Source: Octopus sinensis
Lineage: Eukaryota
DNA length: 64,000 nt
Assembly: GCF_006345805.1 (NCBI RefSeq)
Contig: NC_043009.1
Coordinates: 34,038,001-34,102,000, forward strand
Direction: 5' to 3'
The notes beneath the pieces are model-generated. The model saw nothing but the letters and a program-made list of their open reading frames with translations. It was not told the origin of the DNA and searched no databases. Of this stretch, positions 12,222 to 24,959 are shown one piece after another; position 1 is the stretch's first letter; each line of letters starts with the position of its first letter. The translations under genes were made by a program, and so were the position numbers.

Positions 12222-13626
12222 CATATATATATATATATGGAATAAGGAAAAAATGGAGAGGTAATAAATAAAATAATTTATTAATTATAAAATATGACAT
12301 CTCTGACAGTTGTTTTGATTCAGAAATCTTTAGATAATTAATTTATAAAATCAAAATCATTATAAGATGAATTTCTTCAGAAGTAGTAAAGATATACCAA
12401 TTAGAAATATATGTTGAGATAATGGCTATAAACCGTTAACTGATAGCATATATACAAAAAGAGCCAATTACAGAAGGACTCAATCTAACATAGGGGGAGA
12501 AGGTAGTATATGTTATATGTTTTAAAAAAAGAAAAGAAGAGATTAATATGATATCATATGGTATTGAGAAGGAGAAAAAGAAAAGGGAAAATGGAAGCAG
12601 AAAAACCCATGTATTTATAAATATATAATAATTCCACAATCCAACATAGGGAGAGGAGGTAGTGTATATAATGTGTCTTGAATAAAACGAAAAGAAGAGA
12701 TTAATATAATATTAAAGGGTATTGAGAAGGAGAAAAAAAAAAGAAAAAAGGAAGTAGAAAAACACATGTATATATAAGTATAAAATAATGTCATATAATA
12801 TCATACTTAACTATAATACTGCAATACAAAAACTTAAAGTTATAAAGTTTAATTCATGTAGAAGCAAGCAGTGGCAAAATATGTCTTAACCGAAGTTATC
12901 AGAAAGGGTAAATAATTTTTAAATATAATGATAATAATAACTTATTGTTTATGTTTATAATCATAATGCAATAAAATTTAATTAAATAAATGATTAAATA
13001 GCAAATCCAGAAAAATATGGAAAGAGAAAATATCAAAACACAAACTATATCTGTTCATCCCTTAAGAAAATTTATTTTCAGGTAAAAGACAATAATAATA
13101 AGCTATTTGATAGGAGAGAATTTAAAAAGTTTTAAAATTTTTGACATGCTGCAGTCTGTTAAATAGATCAGAAGTAAATATGCTATGAAACATGCTTAAG
13201 AGGGTAAGATAATATTAAGAAAATAAACATTGTGTAAGAGGAAATACTTATATATAAATAAATTAATTGAGAATAAAATAAAATAAAATAAATTACAATG
13301 AATTATGTAAAATGCCTTCATACATAGCTGGGATATAGGGAAAAATATATATAAAGGCAGCTAAGCCGGAACAAATTTAAACAGGGCATATCTTAAAATG
13401 CAGTCAGAGGTAATGATGGTTTATTTATGTATTTAAGCAGTGAGTCACGAATCAGCTCAATAAGCTATTAACTTGGCATATTTTAGTATTAAATAATATG
13501 AAATAATAAGACTAATTTTAGAACTAATAATACAAAATAATAAGAACAATTGAAACGTGAAAGGTGTTTATAAGCCATTTAAAAACACACAAAAACTGTT
13601 AGAATCACTTCAACAATTAAATTTAA

Positions 13627-13679
13627 TTTTGTCAAAATATTTTCATCGGTTTGAAATCGTGACCTGTTCACCGACAAAA
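13627..13679 (-). ncRNA. Minimal hammerhead-like motif with G3:C8 core
   Basis: TTTTGTCG GTGAACA GGTC…GAT GAAA ATAT TT TGACAAAA; 8-bp stem I, decayed stem II. Confidence 0.55.
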
Positions 13680-13920
13680 TCCTATGCTGAAATAATAAAA
13701 CTAAGGGAGAAATAAGCTTAATTATATACCATAATTAAAATATGTCATATATATATATATATATATATATATTTGCTAATTGCTTCACTACAAACTGAAT
13801 TTAGAAATAGGAGTTAAAAATCCCTTTTCTACTACCATAAGAATCTCCCAGACAGTAACACACCTTTTTACGAAGGTAAAGAGAAAAATAATGACTCAAC
13901 CCTTTTATTACTAATTTGAA

Positions 13921-13972
<52 letters not shown>

Positions 13973-14120
13973 ATATATATATTTAAATTAGAGAAAAACC
14001 ACTATTATGCAATTCAAACAATGATAGACATAAACCAAATCATAAATAAAAAAAAATATATTGTAAAACATATAACTAGATCACAAAAAGTACAAAAATG
14101 ATATTATATATTATACTCCC

Positions 14121-14182
<62 letters not shown>

Positions 14183-14611
14183 TAAGCATATATATATATA
14201 AAATATATATAAAAATAATCTCAAGTCATAAAAAAACCTGTTACACAGTTAAGGGGAGGTAATATGAGGTTTACCAAAAGCTCTTAATTTTCATAAGTAA
14301 TTATAATATATTAAATGACATAACATTCATTTAATTTGGTAGATCAACATTACATGCAAAAAATAATTTTATACAAAGATTATAAAGTATGCTTCCTTTT
14401 TTCTTTTCTCCTTCTCAATACCCTTTTCTTTTTCTCCTTCCCAATTCCCTATGATATTATATTAAGCTCTTCTTTTCTTTTTTTAAAACATTATACTACC
14501 TTCTCCCCCTATGTTAGACTGAGTCCTTCTGTAATCGCCTCATTTTGTATATATGGTATCAGCTAACGGTTTATGGTCGTTATCACATGTATTTCTAATT
14601 GGTATATCTTT

Positions 14612-14697
14612 ACTACCTCTGAAGAGATTCATCTTATAATGATTTTAATTTTATAAATTATCTAAACATTTCTGAATCGAAACAGCTGTCAGAGATG
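14612..14697 (+). ncRNA. Minimal type I hammerhead ribozyme with long loop II
   Basis: CTGAAGA GATTCA [41 nt] TGAATC GAAA CAGCTG TC; palindromic loop III; decayed inverted copy at 12301-12382. Confidence 0.7.
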
Positions 14698-14890
14698 TTG
14701 TCATATTTAATAATTAATAAATAATTTTATTAATTACCCCTCCATTTTCTCCTTATTCTTTAAATATATAAATATATGAACCATGGTTTTATATGGTTAC
14801 CTTATAGTTGAACTTTCTATACATTGGTAACTAACCAGCATTTTCATTGGATTTATGATCCCTTAATGAGGTTTATTACCTTTACTTGAT

Positions 14891-14911
<21 letters not shown>

Positions 14912-14921
<10 letters not shown>

Positions 14922-15130
14922 ATTTAGGAATGGCCATGTTGCCAGTTTAGCCAATAAAAACACACGCACTATATATTCGGTGTTAATTTGCTTCAGCTTT
15001 ATTTATTTTTTGCATTAATCTTGATCTTATTTCGGCCAGAGTTCTTTCGTCACACTTCTGTGACCTCATCAGTGGTCCTTTGCTTTCTTCTTTCTTATTT
15101 GTGTGTCTCTCCTTACTAATGATCAGCCAT
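14912..15130 (-). mobile_element. Penelope pseudo-LTR at the 3' end of the minus-strand PLE
   Basis: Lies downstream of the GIY-YIG region and carries a hammerhead; related to 32370, 54505 and 60520. Confidence 0.7.
15033..15078 (-). ncRNA. Minimal type I hammerhead ribozyme
   Basis: CCA CTGATGA G GTCACA GAAG TGTGAC GAAA GAAC TC TGG: intact core, perfect stem II, CUC cleavage triplet, stem I CCA/TGG. Confidence 0.85.
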
Positions 15131-15479
15131 TTTGTATTTTGTATTCCTATTGTATGTGTCTTTATTTGTGTATGCGTATACCCCTATGTGTGTCTATGTT
15201 TTGTTAGTGTGTGTGTGGTGGGGAAGTGCCTGTAATATTTGTATCTCCTGTTTATACACATTCGTATAATTTGTTTTTGTTTATTTTGTTCAAGTGTTTA
15301 CACCTACTTAGTACTATTATTTTTTTTGTATTTAGTAATTAATTTTTTTTAATGTATATAGTTATTTGCTTCCATTTGTTTATTTATCTGTGTATTTTAA
15401 TATGTTTTTAGTTTTGTTTATATTGTTATCAGTTTATGGGGATCTTATTCTGTCATATCTTGTGGTATGTTGGGGGTGT

Positions 15480-16895
15480 GTGCTAGTGTTCCATTCCAGT
15501 TTCCTATTCAGGCTAGGTTTATCTTCATTATGTGTGTAGCTTCTGTAATTTGTCTAACTGTTGCGTCTGTTCTATGTGTGGACAAGATTTAAACTTCTAT
15601 GTTGTTGAGTGAGCCCCCGTGTTCCTGCTCGGTGTGCTGGTACAGAACCGATGAGCTCTTTTCTTCTTTAAGTTCTCTCCAATGTTCATTTACCCACTCT
15701 CCTATGCTCCATATGTCATTGTCTTGTTACTGCACCATCCCTCTGTACATCTTATACTATAGACTACATTTCTGGCTTTACAGTTTGCTTGTGGGCTAAA
15801 TCTACACACAGTACAGTTCCTATCTGTACAAGGGGTTCTACTAAAAGGCTAGGTTCTACTGATTAGGGATTTGATAGGGTTGTCTGGCCTTTCAACAACC
15901 TTAATCCTTAGCTTAAATTTGTCTAGGGCCCTTCTAAAGTGGTACGCCAGTTCGCCTCTAGGGGTGGTGTCGATGAACATGACACTCTGGTATTTGTGGC
16001 TATCATACCAAGAGTTGGCCTTCCCTATTTTCTTCTTAGTCCTTTCAATAGTGTTCCATGGTTTGCTCCTATAGAGTGGGCAAATCCCATTCCTATCATT
16101 ACATATTATATTATCAAATTTCTTCATGGCTCCTTTGTATACTCTGATCCTTTCTTTATGGCAGTAACCTGAGAACTGCATGCGATGAACGAAATGTTGT
16201 ATGTGTCTCTTTAACTCTGTCGGGTCGCACATGCAGGACACATTTCGCATTATTCTGACAGGTCTGCCATCAAAATATTGAATTTGGCATTGTCCGCGAT
16301 AGCTGAGTTCCGGTGGATCAAGTATTTGGAGGCCATAGATTTGGCATAGTGTGAATGAAGGATTCAGATTTTATTATTCTCAGTTTCTAGCCAGAGTTCT
16401 GTATCTAGTACAGGTAGTCTATGGTTAAGGTGTTTGGTAGGGTAGTCTATCGTGACCTTAATACTCAGGTGGATGGAGTTAGCTATTTGCTGGGTGCTCT
16501 CCATAGTATTAGTTTCTATTTCTATTTCAAGAGTATTCTCTTGTGAGGGTGCCTTTACTACTATGTTGATATCATCAACATAGCGAGAGTACATGTTCAC
16601 GAGTATGGTGTTCTGTGTCAGGCATTCCTTAAGCCTTCTGTCCCACCATTCTATGAAAAGGTTGGCCACATCACTGGCGATACTAACGCCGATGGCTGCC
16701 CTCTTGTCCTGTTGTTAAACTTAAACGTGTGGCCTTTTAGGGTAACACTTATACTAGCTCCTAGTGCATATGCGATCATTTTCTTTAACTGATGAACATT
16801 TGCGGGGGTCCGTATGGCTCTGGTCCATCCGATCCATCTCTCTATATGGGTCTTCCTAGCCATAGAAGTAATTGTGGGTGGTCTACCTCTTAAAT
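15480..16895 (-). pseudogene. Penelope-like element RT plus GIY-YIG endonuclease, frameshifted
   Basis: RYVDDINI, IDYPTKHLNHRLPVLD, MQFSGY; C-terminal EHWREL…LYQHTEQEH…RQITEATHI is endonuclease-like. Confidence 0.85.
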
Positions 16896-18621
16896 GTAGT
16901 CCATCAACTCACTAGAAATATCAGCCAGATTTCCCTCAAATCCACCCTAATGACTTAAAAACAGTAAGACACATTGAATAATGTGGTTTTAGATGAACCA
17001 ATGATGAGATGATCGTGGCTGGAATAGAAGCTTCAAATATACAACAGACTCAGTGGTCAAACAGACACATATCCATTGTTTACATTTTCCTTCCTCACGG
17101 AGTCTAATTGGAAGTATTTTAGCTTCACAGAAGTAAATATGGAATTTATTTTCCTTACATGCAATTATAACAGGAAAGAGGTATGAAATATTGTTTCTGA
17201 TGTGAAATTGTTTGTTTCAGCTTCACCAACAGCAAATGTTGGCCTGAATTCCAACTGTTTTGAAAGGGCAAATGCATCTTACACCATCTGGTGGTTGTCT
17301 TGGTGATCAACTTTGTTGGAGAGCAAAATTTTATATTTGATAAAAGCTGGTTATTCAGCTTTTACAGAATAACCTTTTATCAAAAAAGACTCCAGCATAA
17401 ATTTTAGTTGGAACAGTGATAATAGAAATAAAAACTATTTGTTGGTGGTAGCATGGTAAATGTATCTTTCCTACAACTAATCTAAGGAATGTAATACTTA
17501 ATTTTAAAAAAATACTAGAATGTGTACTAATATAACTAACATTTTTTTTTAAAGTATGCAACTCACATTTAGCATTTCAAAAGTGCAGCAGAAATGTTGC
17601 AATTTATAATTCCAATAATTCCAAACACCCCATGTAAAATAATATGTATCATGATGATCATCATCATTTAATGTCTGTTTTCCATGCTAGCATGGGTTAG
17701 ACTGTTTGACAGGAGCTGGCCAGCCAGAGGGCTGTCCAGGCCCCAGTTATTTTGGCATAGATGCCCTTCCTAAAAGCAACCGTTTTACAGAGTGTACTAG
17801 GTGCTTTTATGTGGCACCAGCATGGGTGCTTTTATGCATGGCACTGTACAGGTGCTTTTTATGTAACATCAGCACAGATGCTTTCATGCAGGACCAGCAC
17901 AAGTGCTCTTGTGCAGTACTGGCACTGGATAATGTAGTTCTGTTTCACCACACACAGAAAAAAGACTGGCTGGTAAAGATCTGATCAGGGTTAACTTGTG
18001 GCTAAACAACTCCACTGCCATCATCACTATCCAAGTCAGCTCAAACTCCAAAAATAAAGTTACAAATTTTTTTAACATGATAATATGTACTGCTATAGAA
18101 GACTTAGTCATGTCACCCATGAAAAAAAAAAAAAAACTCCCTTAATTTAGGTGTATTTTCACCATTTGTCTACAGCAAGAAATTTTCTCCATGATAAAAT
18201 ACAGTGAATGGCTTGTTTACAAATTTGAACTTGTGACTGGCATATTCAAAAAGGCAATAACATTACAAGTGTAGTGATTAAGAAGTTGCAATGCATGCAT
18301 GCACACACACACACACACACACACATTTACACAGGAACTCAAACACACATATATGTATGTATGTGTTATATACTGTTCAACCAAGCCCAGCTTATTAACA
18401 ATTACCTAACATCTCTCCAGGGTTCCTATCTATTCATCACTCACAGTGCACACTCTCCCAATTCACCTAAGTTATCACCCAACACTTCCTCTTACCTTTA
18501 TCTTACTAACTACCCTTACACCTCTAAGATGCCTTCTAGCCTTTCTTTCTCTTGCTGCACCCACCCAATTTTCTCCCAACCCCTATCTCTTTCTTCCCTC
18601 CCCATCTATGATTCTTTCAGT

Positions 18622-18871
18622 TGTGGAGTAAACTGATGCCTCAACACGTAACTGTCAGTGGACTGGACGAGTTTTATAAATTGATGAGCCAGTAGACAGT
18701 TGACATCAAATTGCAAGTGCATTAGTCATGGTATTGATTCTACGTTGGAGTATTGGATTGTTATTGTGCGAACAGTTATAATAAGATAATCAACTCTTGT
18801 TACATTCCTTATAGTTACACAGTTCTATTTGGTACTGTGCATCACTGTATGATATAACAGTTGGTGATGAG
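18622..18871 (+). mobile_element. Gypsy 5' LTR (TG…CA, 18622-18859) and PBS
   Basis: TGTGG…ATAACA followed by TGGTGATGAG (resembles the Mag-type TGGCGACGAG PBS), directly upstream of gag. Confidence 0.65.
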
Positions 18872-18949
18872 AAGTGTTGAAGACACACTCGAATTATTGT
18901 GAATTGTATATTTTTCGTTTATGAGAACAAAAAATTCATCTTGTTTATC

Positions 18950-19648
18950 ATGGAAAAATTACTATCAGCTGTGACAGAGTTGCAAAAACAGCAACATGGG
19001 GTTTTACAGGTTCTCCTCAAGGAAACGAAAAATGCAACAAATGCATTTACACCAAATTTGTTGGCAAGCTCCATCAAGGAATTTAGATATAATCTGGATG
19101 AAGGTGTCACATTTACTGCCTGTCATAGTCGATTTGCGGAAATATTCATGAATGAATGTTCAAACTGGAAAGAAGACCAGAATACTAGACTTTTGCTAAG
19201 AAAACCAGTGGAATATGAAAAATATATTAATTACATACTAACCCCAAAACCTGGAGAATTACGATTTGAAGACACAATAAGCACACTATCAAAAAGTTAT
19301 AGTGAAAAAAGATCTTTGTTCAACATGAAGTGGCCCTGTTTAAATTTGATGAAAAATGTAGAGGATGACTTCATAACATATGCCAGAATAGTAAAGCATG
19401 AGTGTAAAAATTTAAAATTAAAGGAACTGACAACAGACATGTTTAAGTGCCTGATATTCCAGTGCTATATTTAAGAGTTGAGGAATTATGTACATTATTT
19501 ACATTTGACGGATATTTGTCCTCATCTTGTTTGTTGTTAACACATTGTTAACACATTTCGGTTAACACATTTCAGCCTTCATCAGATGTCTTGGGGAAAT
19601 TTCAAACCTGGATTCTCATTCCTAAGGTATTTTTTGATGTTGCTGTTG

Positions 19649-19684
<36 letters not shown>

Positions 19685-21850
19685 TCACTGCTTAGAATTG
19701 AATTTGGAATCTTGGGGTTAGTAGCCCGCGCTCTTAACCACTACACTATATACCCATGGGCAAGATTCCGAGTTCGATTCCAAGCAGTGATCTTAATAAT
19801 AATAATAATAATAAGGAATGAGAACCCAGGTTCAATATTTCCCCAAGACATCTGATGAAGGCTGGAATAAATTGGACGGAGAAATTCTATCTCTGGGATT
19901 TATCCATTAATCACTATTTAAAAAATGTAATAGGCACAGGCACAAGTGCTAACACTGACTCAGACAAATTGCAAAAGAATTAAAGAAAGCATTCCCAAAT
20001 GTGTTTTCAGACAAACTAAGTACATGTTCAAAAACAAGCAAAATTTAAGATAAAACAGAATGCAGTACCAATTTTTAAACCAAAAAGATAAACTTAGACT
20101 AGAAAAAATTGGAGTTATCCAAAAAGTGGAATATTCTAAATGGGCATCACTGTGTATGTTAAGAAAAAGAATAATAAAATCAGAGCATGTGTTGATTTTT
20201 CACTGGATTGAACAAATGTCTTAAAATGTTTAATAATCCGCTACCTACTCCAGAGGACATATTTGTGAAATTAAATGGTGGCAAGATATTTTCTAAATTG
20301 GATCTCTCTGACATGTATCTACAAATTGAAGTAGATAATGACTGCTCTAAATATCTAACAATTAACACACATAAAGGACTATAGATACAACAGGTTACCA
20401 GTTGATATAAAAGTCGCACTGGTGATCTTTCAACAGATTATGGATGCAATGTTAGCAGACTGTTATTTTGAAATTGCATATCTCAATGATATATTGATTA
20501 AGAGTGAATTAAGAATTCTCCATGTACAACATATGAAAAAGGTATTTAAAAAATTAAGTGAATATAGGTTCAAACTGAGTGCAGATAAGTGGGATTTCTT
20601 TTACCTAAAATTAGATATGTGGGACAAATCAGATAGAAAGGGTTGGTGTCCGGATCCTACATGGGCATCAGCAATTAAAAATATGTTCCTGCTAAAGAAT
20701 GTGGTGACATTATAAGTGTTCTTAGGTCTGGTGAATTATTACTAAATTTACATCCCTAATATTAATAACCTGCATGCACCATTAAATTACCTGCTAAAGA
20801 AAGGAATGAAATGGAATTGGACACAAAGATGCCAAGAAGCCTTCAAACAGTTAAAAGATATACTAACTTCTGAGCTACCTATGATCTGTGAAAGGAAATC
20901 ATAGCAGCTTCAGATGCCAGTGAATATGGCATCGGAGTGGTAATTTTGCATAGGTATGAAGATGGTAAAACAAAACCCACAGCACCTGCATCACATACAC
21001 GTTTGCCTGCTGAGAGGAATTATAGACAGATTGAGAAAGAAGTTTTGGCAACTATTTATGCTGTAAAAAAGTTCCTTAAATTCATCCATGGCAGAAGGCT
21101 TTGTCTGCAAACCAATCGCCACTCCTTATTGACTATATTTGACTCTAAGAAGGGCATCCCAGCACATATTGCCAATAGATTGCAGAGATGGGGAATCATT
21201 TTGTTGAACTACAATTTCAAAATGGAATACTTCCCCTCAAAAAAGTTAAGCCATGCAGACGGGTTATCTAGGTTAATACTTAAAAATGTTGAACCATTTG
21301 AAGAAAGTATAATTGCATCATTCAGAGCAGAAACAGAGATAAAAAGCATTTTGTGTAACATGATTAATGAATTGCCTGTAACCTTCAAAGAAATTAAAGC
21401 CAAAGCACCAAAAGATGACTTTATAATTAAAATGAAAGTCACCTTGAAAGAAAATTAAGTAAATACATGCCAGACTGAAAATTTAAATTCAAATTCATAT
21501 TCTGTATGCGACAACATTCTAATGTAAACACAGAGGATTATAGTACCATTTACATTGCAAAAAAGAATTCTGAAAGATTTTTCATGTTGGACATCCAGGA
21601 ATGTTGTAAATGAAAGCACTTATGAGAAGCTATGTGTATTGGCTGAAGATGGATAAAGATATTGAAAATCTTGTAAGATCCTGCAGTGGCCATGCTAAGA
21701 CAACAAAATCAGCTGCTGTAAGTATCAGCTGTGGCCAAGACTGAGACACCGTGGTCCAAGCTTCACACAGACTTCTTAGGCTCACTATATGGAAACTATT
21801 TTCTTGTAGTAGTGGATAGTTACATAAAATGGCCAGAAGTATGTAAATAT
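18950..21850 (+). pseudogene. Mag/Gypsy LTR retrotransposon gag-pol remnant (gag, RT, RNase H, integrase)
   Basis: gag FRYNLDEGVTF…; RT FQQIMDAML/YLNDILI; RNase H SDASEYGIG…ERNYRQIEKE…ANRLQRWG; integrase zinc finger GHPGM…SYVYW. Confidence 0.9.
19461..19866. mobile_element. Fold-back element with tRNA-like centre and hammerhead half-motifs, inserted in the Gypsy remnant
   Basis: Arms 19571-19714 and 19761-19866 are reverse complements; ctgatgaaggctg on both strands. Confidence 0.75.
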
Positions 21851-21902
21851 AAACGTTCTGTGTCCTCTGTATACTTGTGGATGTATGCATAGAAATCTGT
21901 AT

Positions 21903-22290
21903 AGGCACATGCATGGCTGTATGGTAAAAAGCTTGTTTCCCAACTTAATGGTTCCAGGTTCAGTCCCACTGTGTAGCATCTTGGGCAAGTGTCTCCTACT
22001 ATAGCTTCAGATTGACCAAAGCCTTATGAGTGGATTCGGTAGACAGAAACTGAAAGAAGCCCGTTGTATATATTGATGTGTTTGTATCTTTGTGTCTGTG
22101 TTTGTCTCCCACCACTGCTGGTGTGTTTATGTGCCTGTAACATAGCAGTTCAGCAAAGAGACCAATAAGTACCAGGCTGAAAAATACAATTTAAAGGGTC
22201 AATCTATTCAGCTAAAAAAATTATCCAAGGCGGTACCCAGCATGGCCACAGTCTGATGATTGAAACAAGGAAAAAAAGATAAAAGATATG
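21903..22290 (+). mobile_element. tRNA-derived SINE (CORE-like body) plus second SINE 3' module
   Basis: ggttcagtcccac…cttgggcaagtgtc…gaaactgaaagaagcccgt; related copy at 51742-51905. Confidence 0.75.
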
Positions 22291-23693
22291 CTATAGTATG
22301 AACATGAGTGTCCAGACACATTGTTAATACACAGGTATGTTATCTGCAACTCTACCTTGGTGCTTCTGTTATTAAGATACCTCAATTCTATTGAATCCTA
22401 AAAGTAATTATATATATATTTATATATATATGGGTATGCTTAAAAAAATATCCTGCATTATTAATTCTATTTTCTAATCACAGTATATTGGTATGTTGGA
22501 AACTTATAGCATGTTATTGTTCATATAATATAATGATATAAAAATATATATCTATATGATAATAATAACAGCTGCATATTAATTAGTTAGTCTAACTTTT
22601 TAGTAAAAGAAAGCAATTTTTAAAGTCCACACTACCAAGAAAATTCTTAAAAATTTTAATTTTGATATATTTTTATGAAATATATCAAATAATCAGAAAA
22701 ATAATTTTAATTCACTGCAAGATAGCAGGTTTTTTGGCATAACTACAGACTTCTGCCCCCGTCACCTGACTTTAGATGATCATAAGTTTCAGAAAAATGG
22801 ATATTTTTTTAATGAAATTTTCTATGAATATGTGTTATATCATGTAGATTCAGTATATACAAAACTTTTGGGGGGAACGTGTTTTAGGAGGGGTGAGGTG
22901 GGAAATTTCGGAAAATTCATCAGAGTTCACTTCAATTTGTCTTAACTTTCAAGAAAATGGATATTTTAAAATGAAATTATCTACAAATATACCTCGGACT
23001 ATGTAGATTCTGAGGACATAGAAATTTTGGAGGAAAACAGTTGGGGGTTATTTTTGAGAACTGTTTCCCACTCGGGGTGTTTCGGAGCAAGTCATCCATA
23101 TTTGTAACATATTCTCCGTTTTGTGTGTTTCTGCATCCGTAGATTTCTACTGAAGTAACAAACAGGCAATGAAGGCAAATGAAGCCCTCACCAGAAAACT
23201 CATTATGCTAAAAATAACAGCTAATGGTATGGTACACAGAAATATGTTACTAAGACGACTTATCTGTTGCATACTATTTTCTTTTTTCACTTCAAGTAAA
23301 TTCCCAGGTAAACGTTTCTAATAGAAAGGAAGAAGACACCAGAAGCAAAAATAAGAATTAATATTGACATTATTACCTGGAAACGAAATCGGAAAAAAAT
23401 AATAGTGCAACGGGTGTAAAAAAAGGTGTAGGAAATGAATACGAAAACAAAAATGCTCGGAAAGCAACGGGGAAGGCTGGCTTTGGAAAATTCCCAAGAT
23501 CTGATGTTTTACCTGCGTAACTTTTAGGAAAAGGGGGGGGGGTTCTAAATGAAATTTTATATAAATACCTTTCAAACGGTATAGATTACGATTATAAAGA
23601 AATTTGTGGGAGAATCCTTTTCTGCGGGGGTGGGGAGAGGACTTCAGAAAATTCACAAGATCTGATATAGATACATATGTGTATGTATGTAAG

Positions 23694-23726
<33 letters not shown>

Positions 23727-23863
23727 TATATATATATATAAATTTAACATGGGTGATTCTTTCTTGTCTTGGGATTCACGGTCAAATAGTTGGGTGGAAT
23801 TGTGCAAAAAATTACAGATGTGTAGAATGATCCAGTGGTGATGCTGGTCTTTGTATTTTTTGT

Positions 23864-24071
23864 ATGGTTACCAAGATAATCTACAATAATAATACTCTTG
23901 TTTTTATGAATGAGAAAGGAAGGGGTGATAGATGAATAAAGAAGGAAGGGATGATGTCATGTTTTTTTCATAGCTTCTATGGTTACCGAGATAATCTATT
24001 ATAATAATACTGTGTTTGTGAATGAGAAAGGAAGGAGTGAGAGATGAATAAGGAAGTAAGGGGTCATGTCA
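23864..24071. repeat. Two diverged tandem copies of a ~115-bp unit
   Basis: atggttacc(a/g)agataatcta…gaatgagaaaggaagg…gatgaataa occurs twice. Confidence 0.75.
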
Positions 24072-24959
24072 TACTTGTAGTGTATGCTGAAAAAATAAAT
24101 CAAACAGCGTTTCAATTCTGAGAGTATGTATGTAAAAGGAGGGGTATGTGAATGTGGGTGTGTGCATGTGTTTGTGTGTGTGTGCATGTGTACAATGGAA
24201 GTGGGATGGTTCATCTTTGCTTAGTACTTGGGTTTATTTTTTGATTTTTCTTTTGTTGGTCAATTATTTTTAGCATTTTGTTAGAAAAAAGTCATTCTAA
24301 AATTGTTTTTTAATGTAAGCATGCCCAAACAAGTAGAATGCTTACACAGAGAGGTTTTACAGCCACACAATCCAAATGGACTGGATGAAACTGGGCTTAG
24401 CTACTAGTATATATATATATAAATATGTATATATATGTATATATAAATACAAGTACCAGCTAATCAGCCGGCTGAAATGCTTAGTGGTACTTCGTCTGCC
24501 GTTACGTTCTGAGTTCAAATTCTGCCAAGGTCGACTTTGGATGATCATAAGTTTAAGAAAAATGAATATTTTTTAATGAAACTTTCTACACATGTGTTAA
24601 AACCCATCTCCCTTTTTTCTATACAAACCCTTACAGAGAATACGAATCTGCAAAAAAAAAAAAAAAAACCGGCATTTTGAAAATACCCCACCCCCTAATT
24701 TTAAACTGTTTTTCAGTTTTTTTGTTTTTTTTTTTTTTTTTTTTTTCAAAATATGCGGAAAAATATGGATTATGATTCTGAAAAAAATTTCAAAAAATGT
24801 TTGTAGTTAGGGTAAGGGTTTTAGGGTTACGGTAACGGTTAGGGATAAAAGTGAAAAATGAAGAAAATGGGGGGAAGGGGGGGGGGGTAAATTTAAAATT
24901 TCCGATTTTGGGCAATTTTCCGGAATCTCCGTATCCGAAAACGGGGTTTTTTGGCAAAA

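Larger units (their letters stand above)
12236..14765. repeat. Long inverted repeat (arms about 12236-12790 and 14380-14765) of a hammerhead-bearing pLTR-like sequence
   Basis: The arms are reverse complements (matching ORF fragments …YTTFSPYVRLSPSVI…); the left arm has an internal ~156-bp tandem duplication. Confidence 0.85.

Noticed and set aside
17060-17340. Unique-looking segment as a possible host exon
   Set aside because: No frame with convincing splice sites on both sides and no recognisable protein
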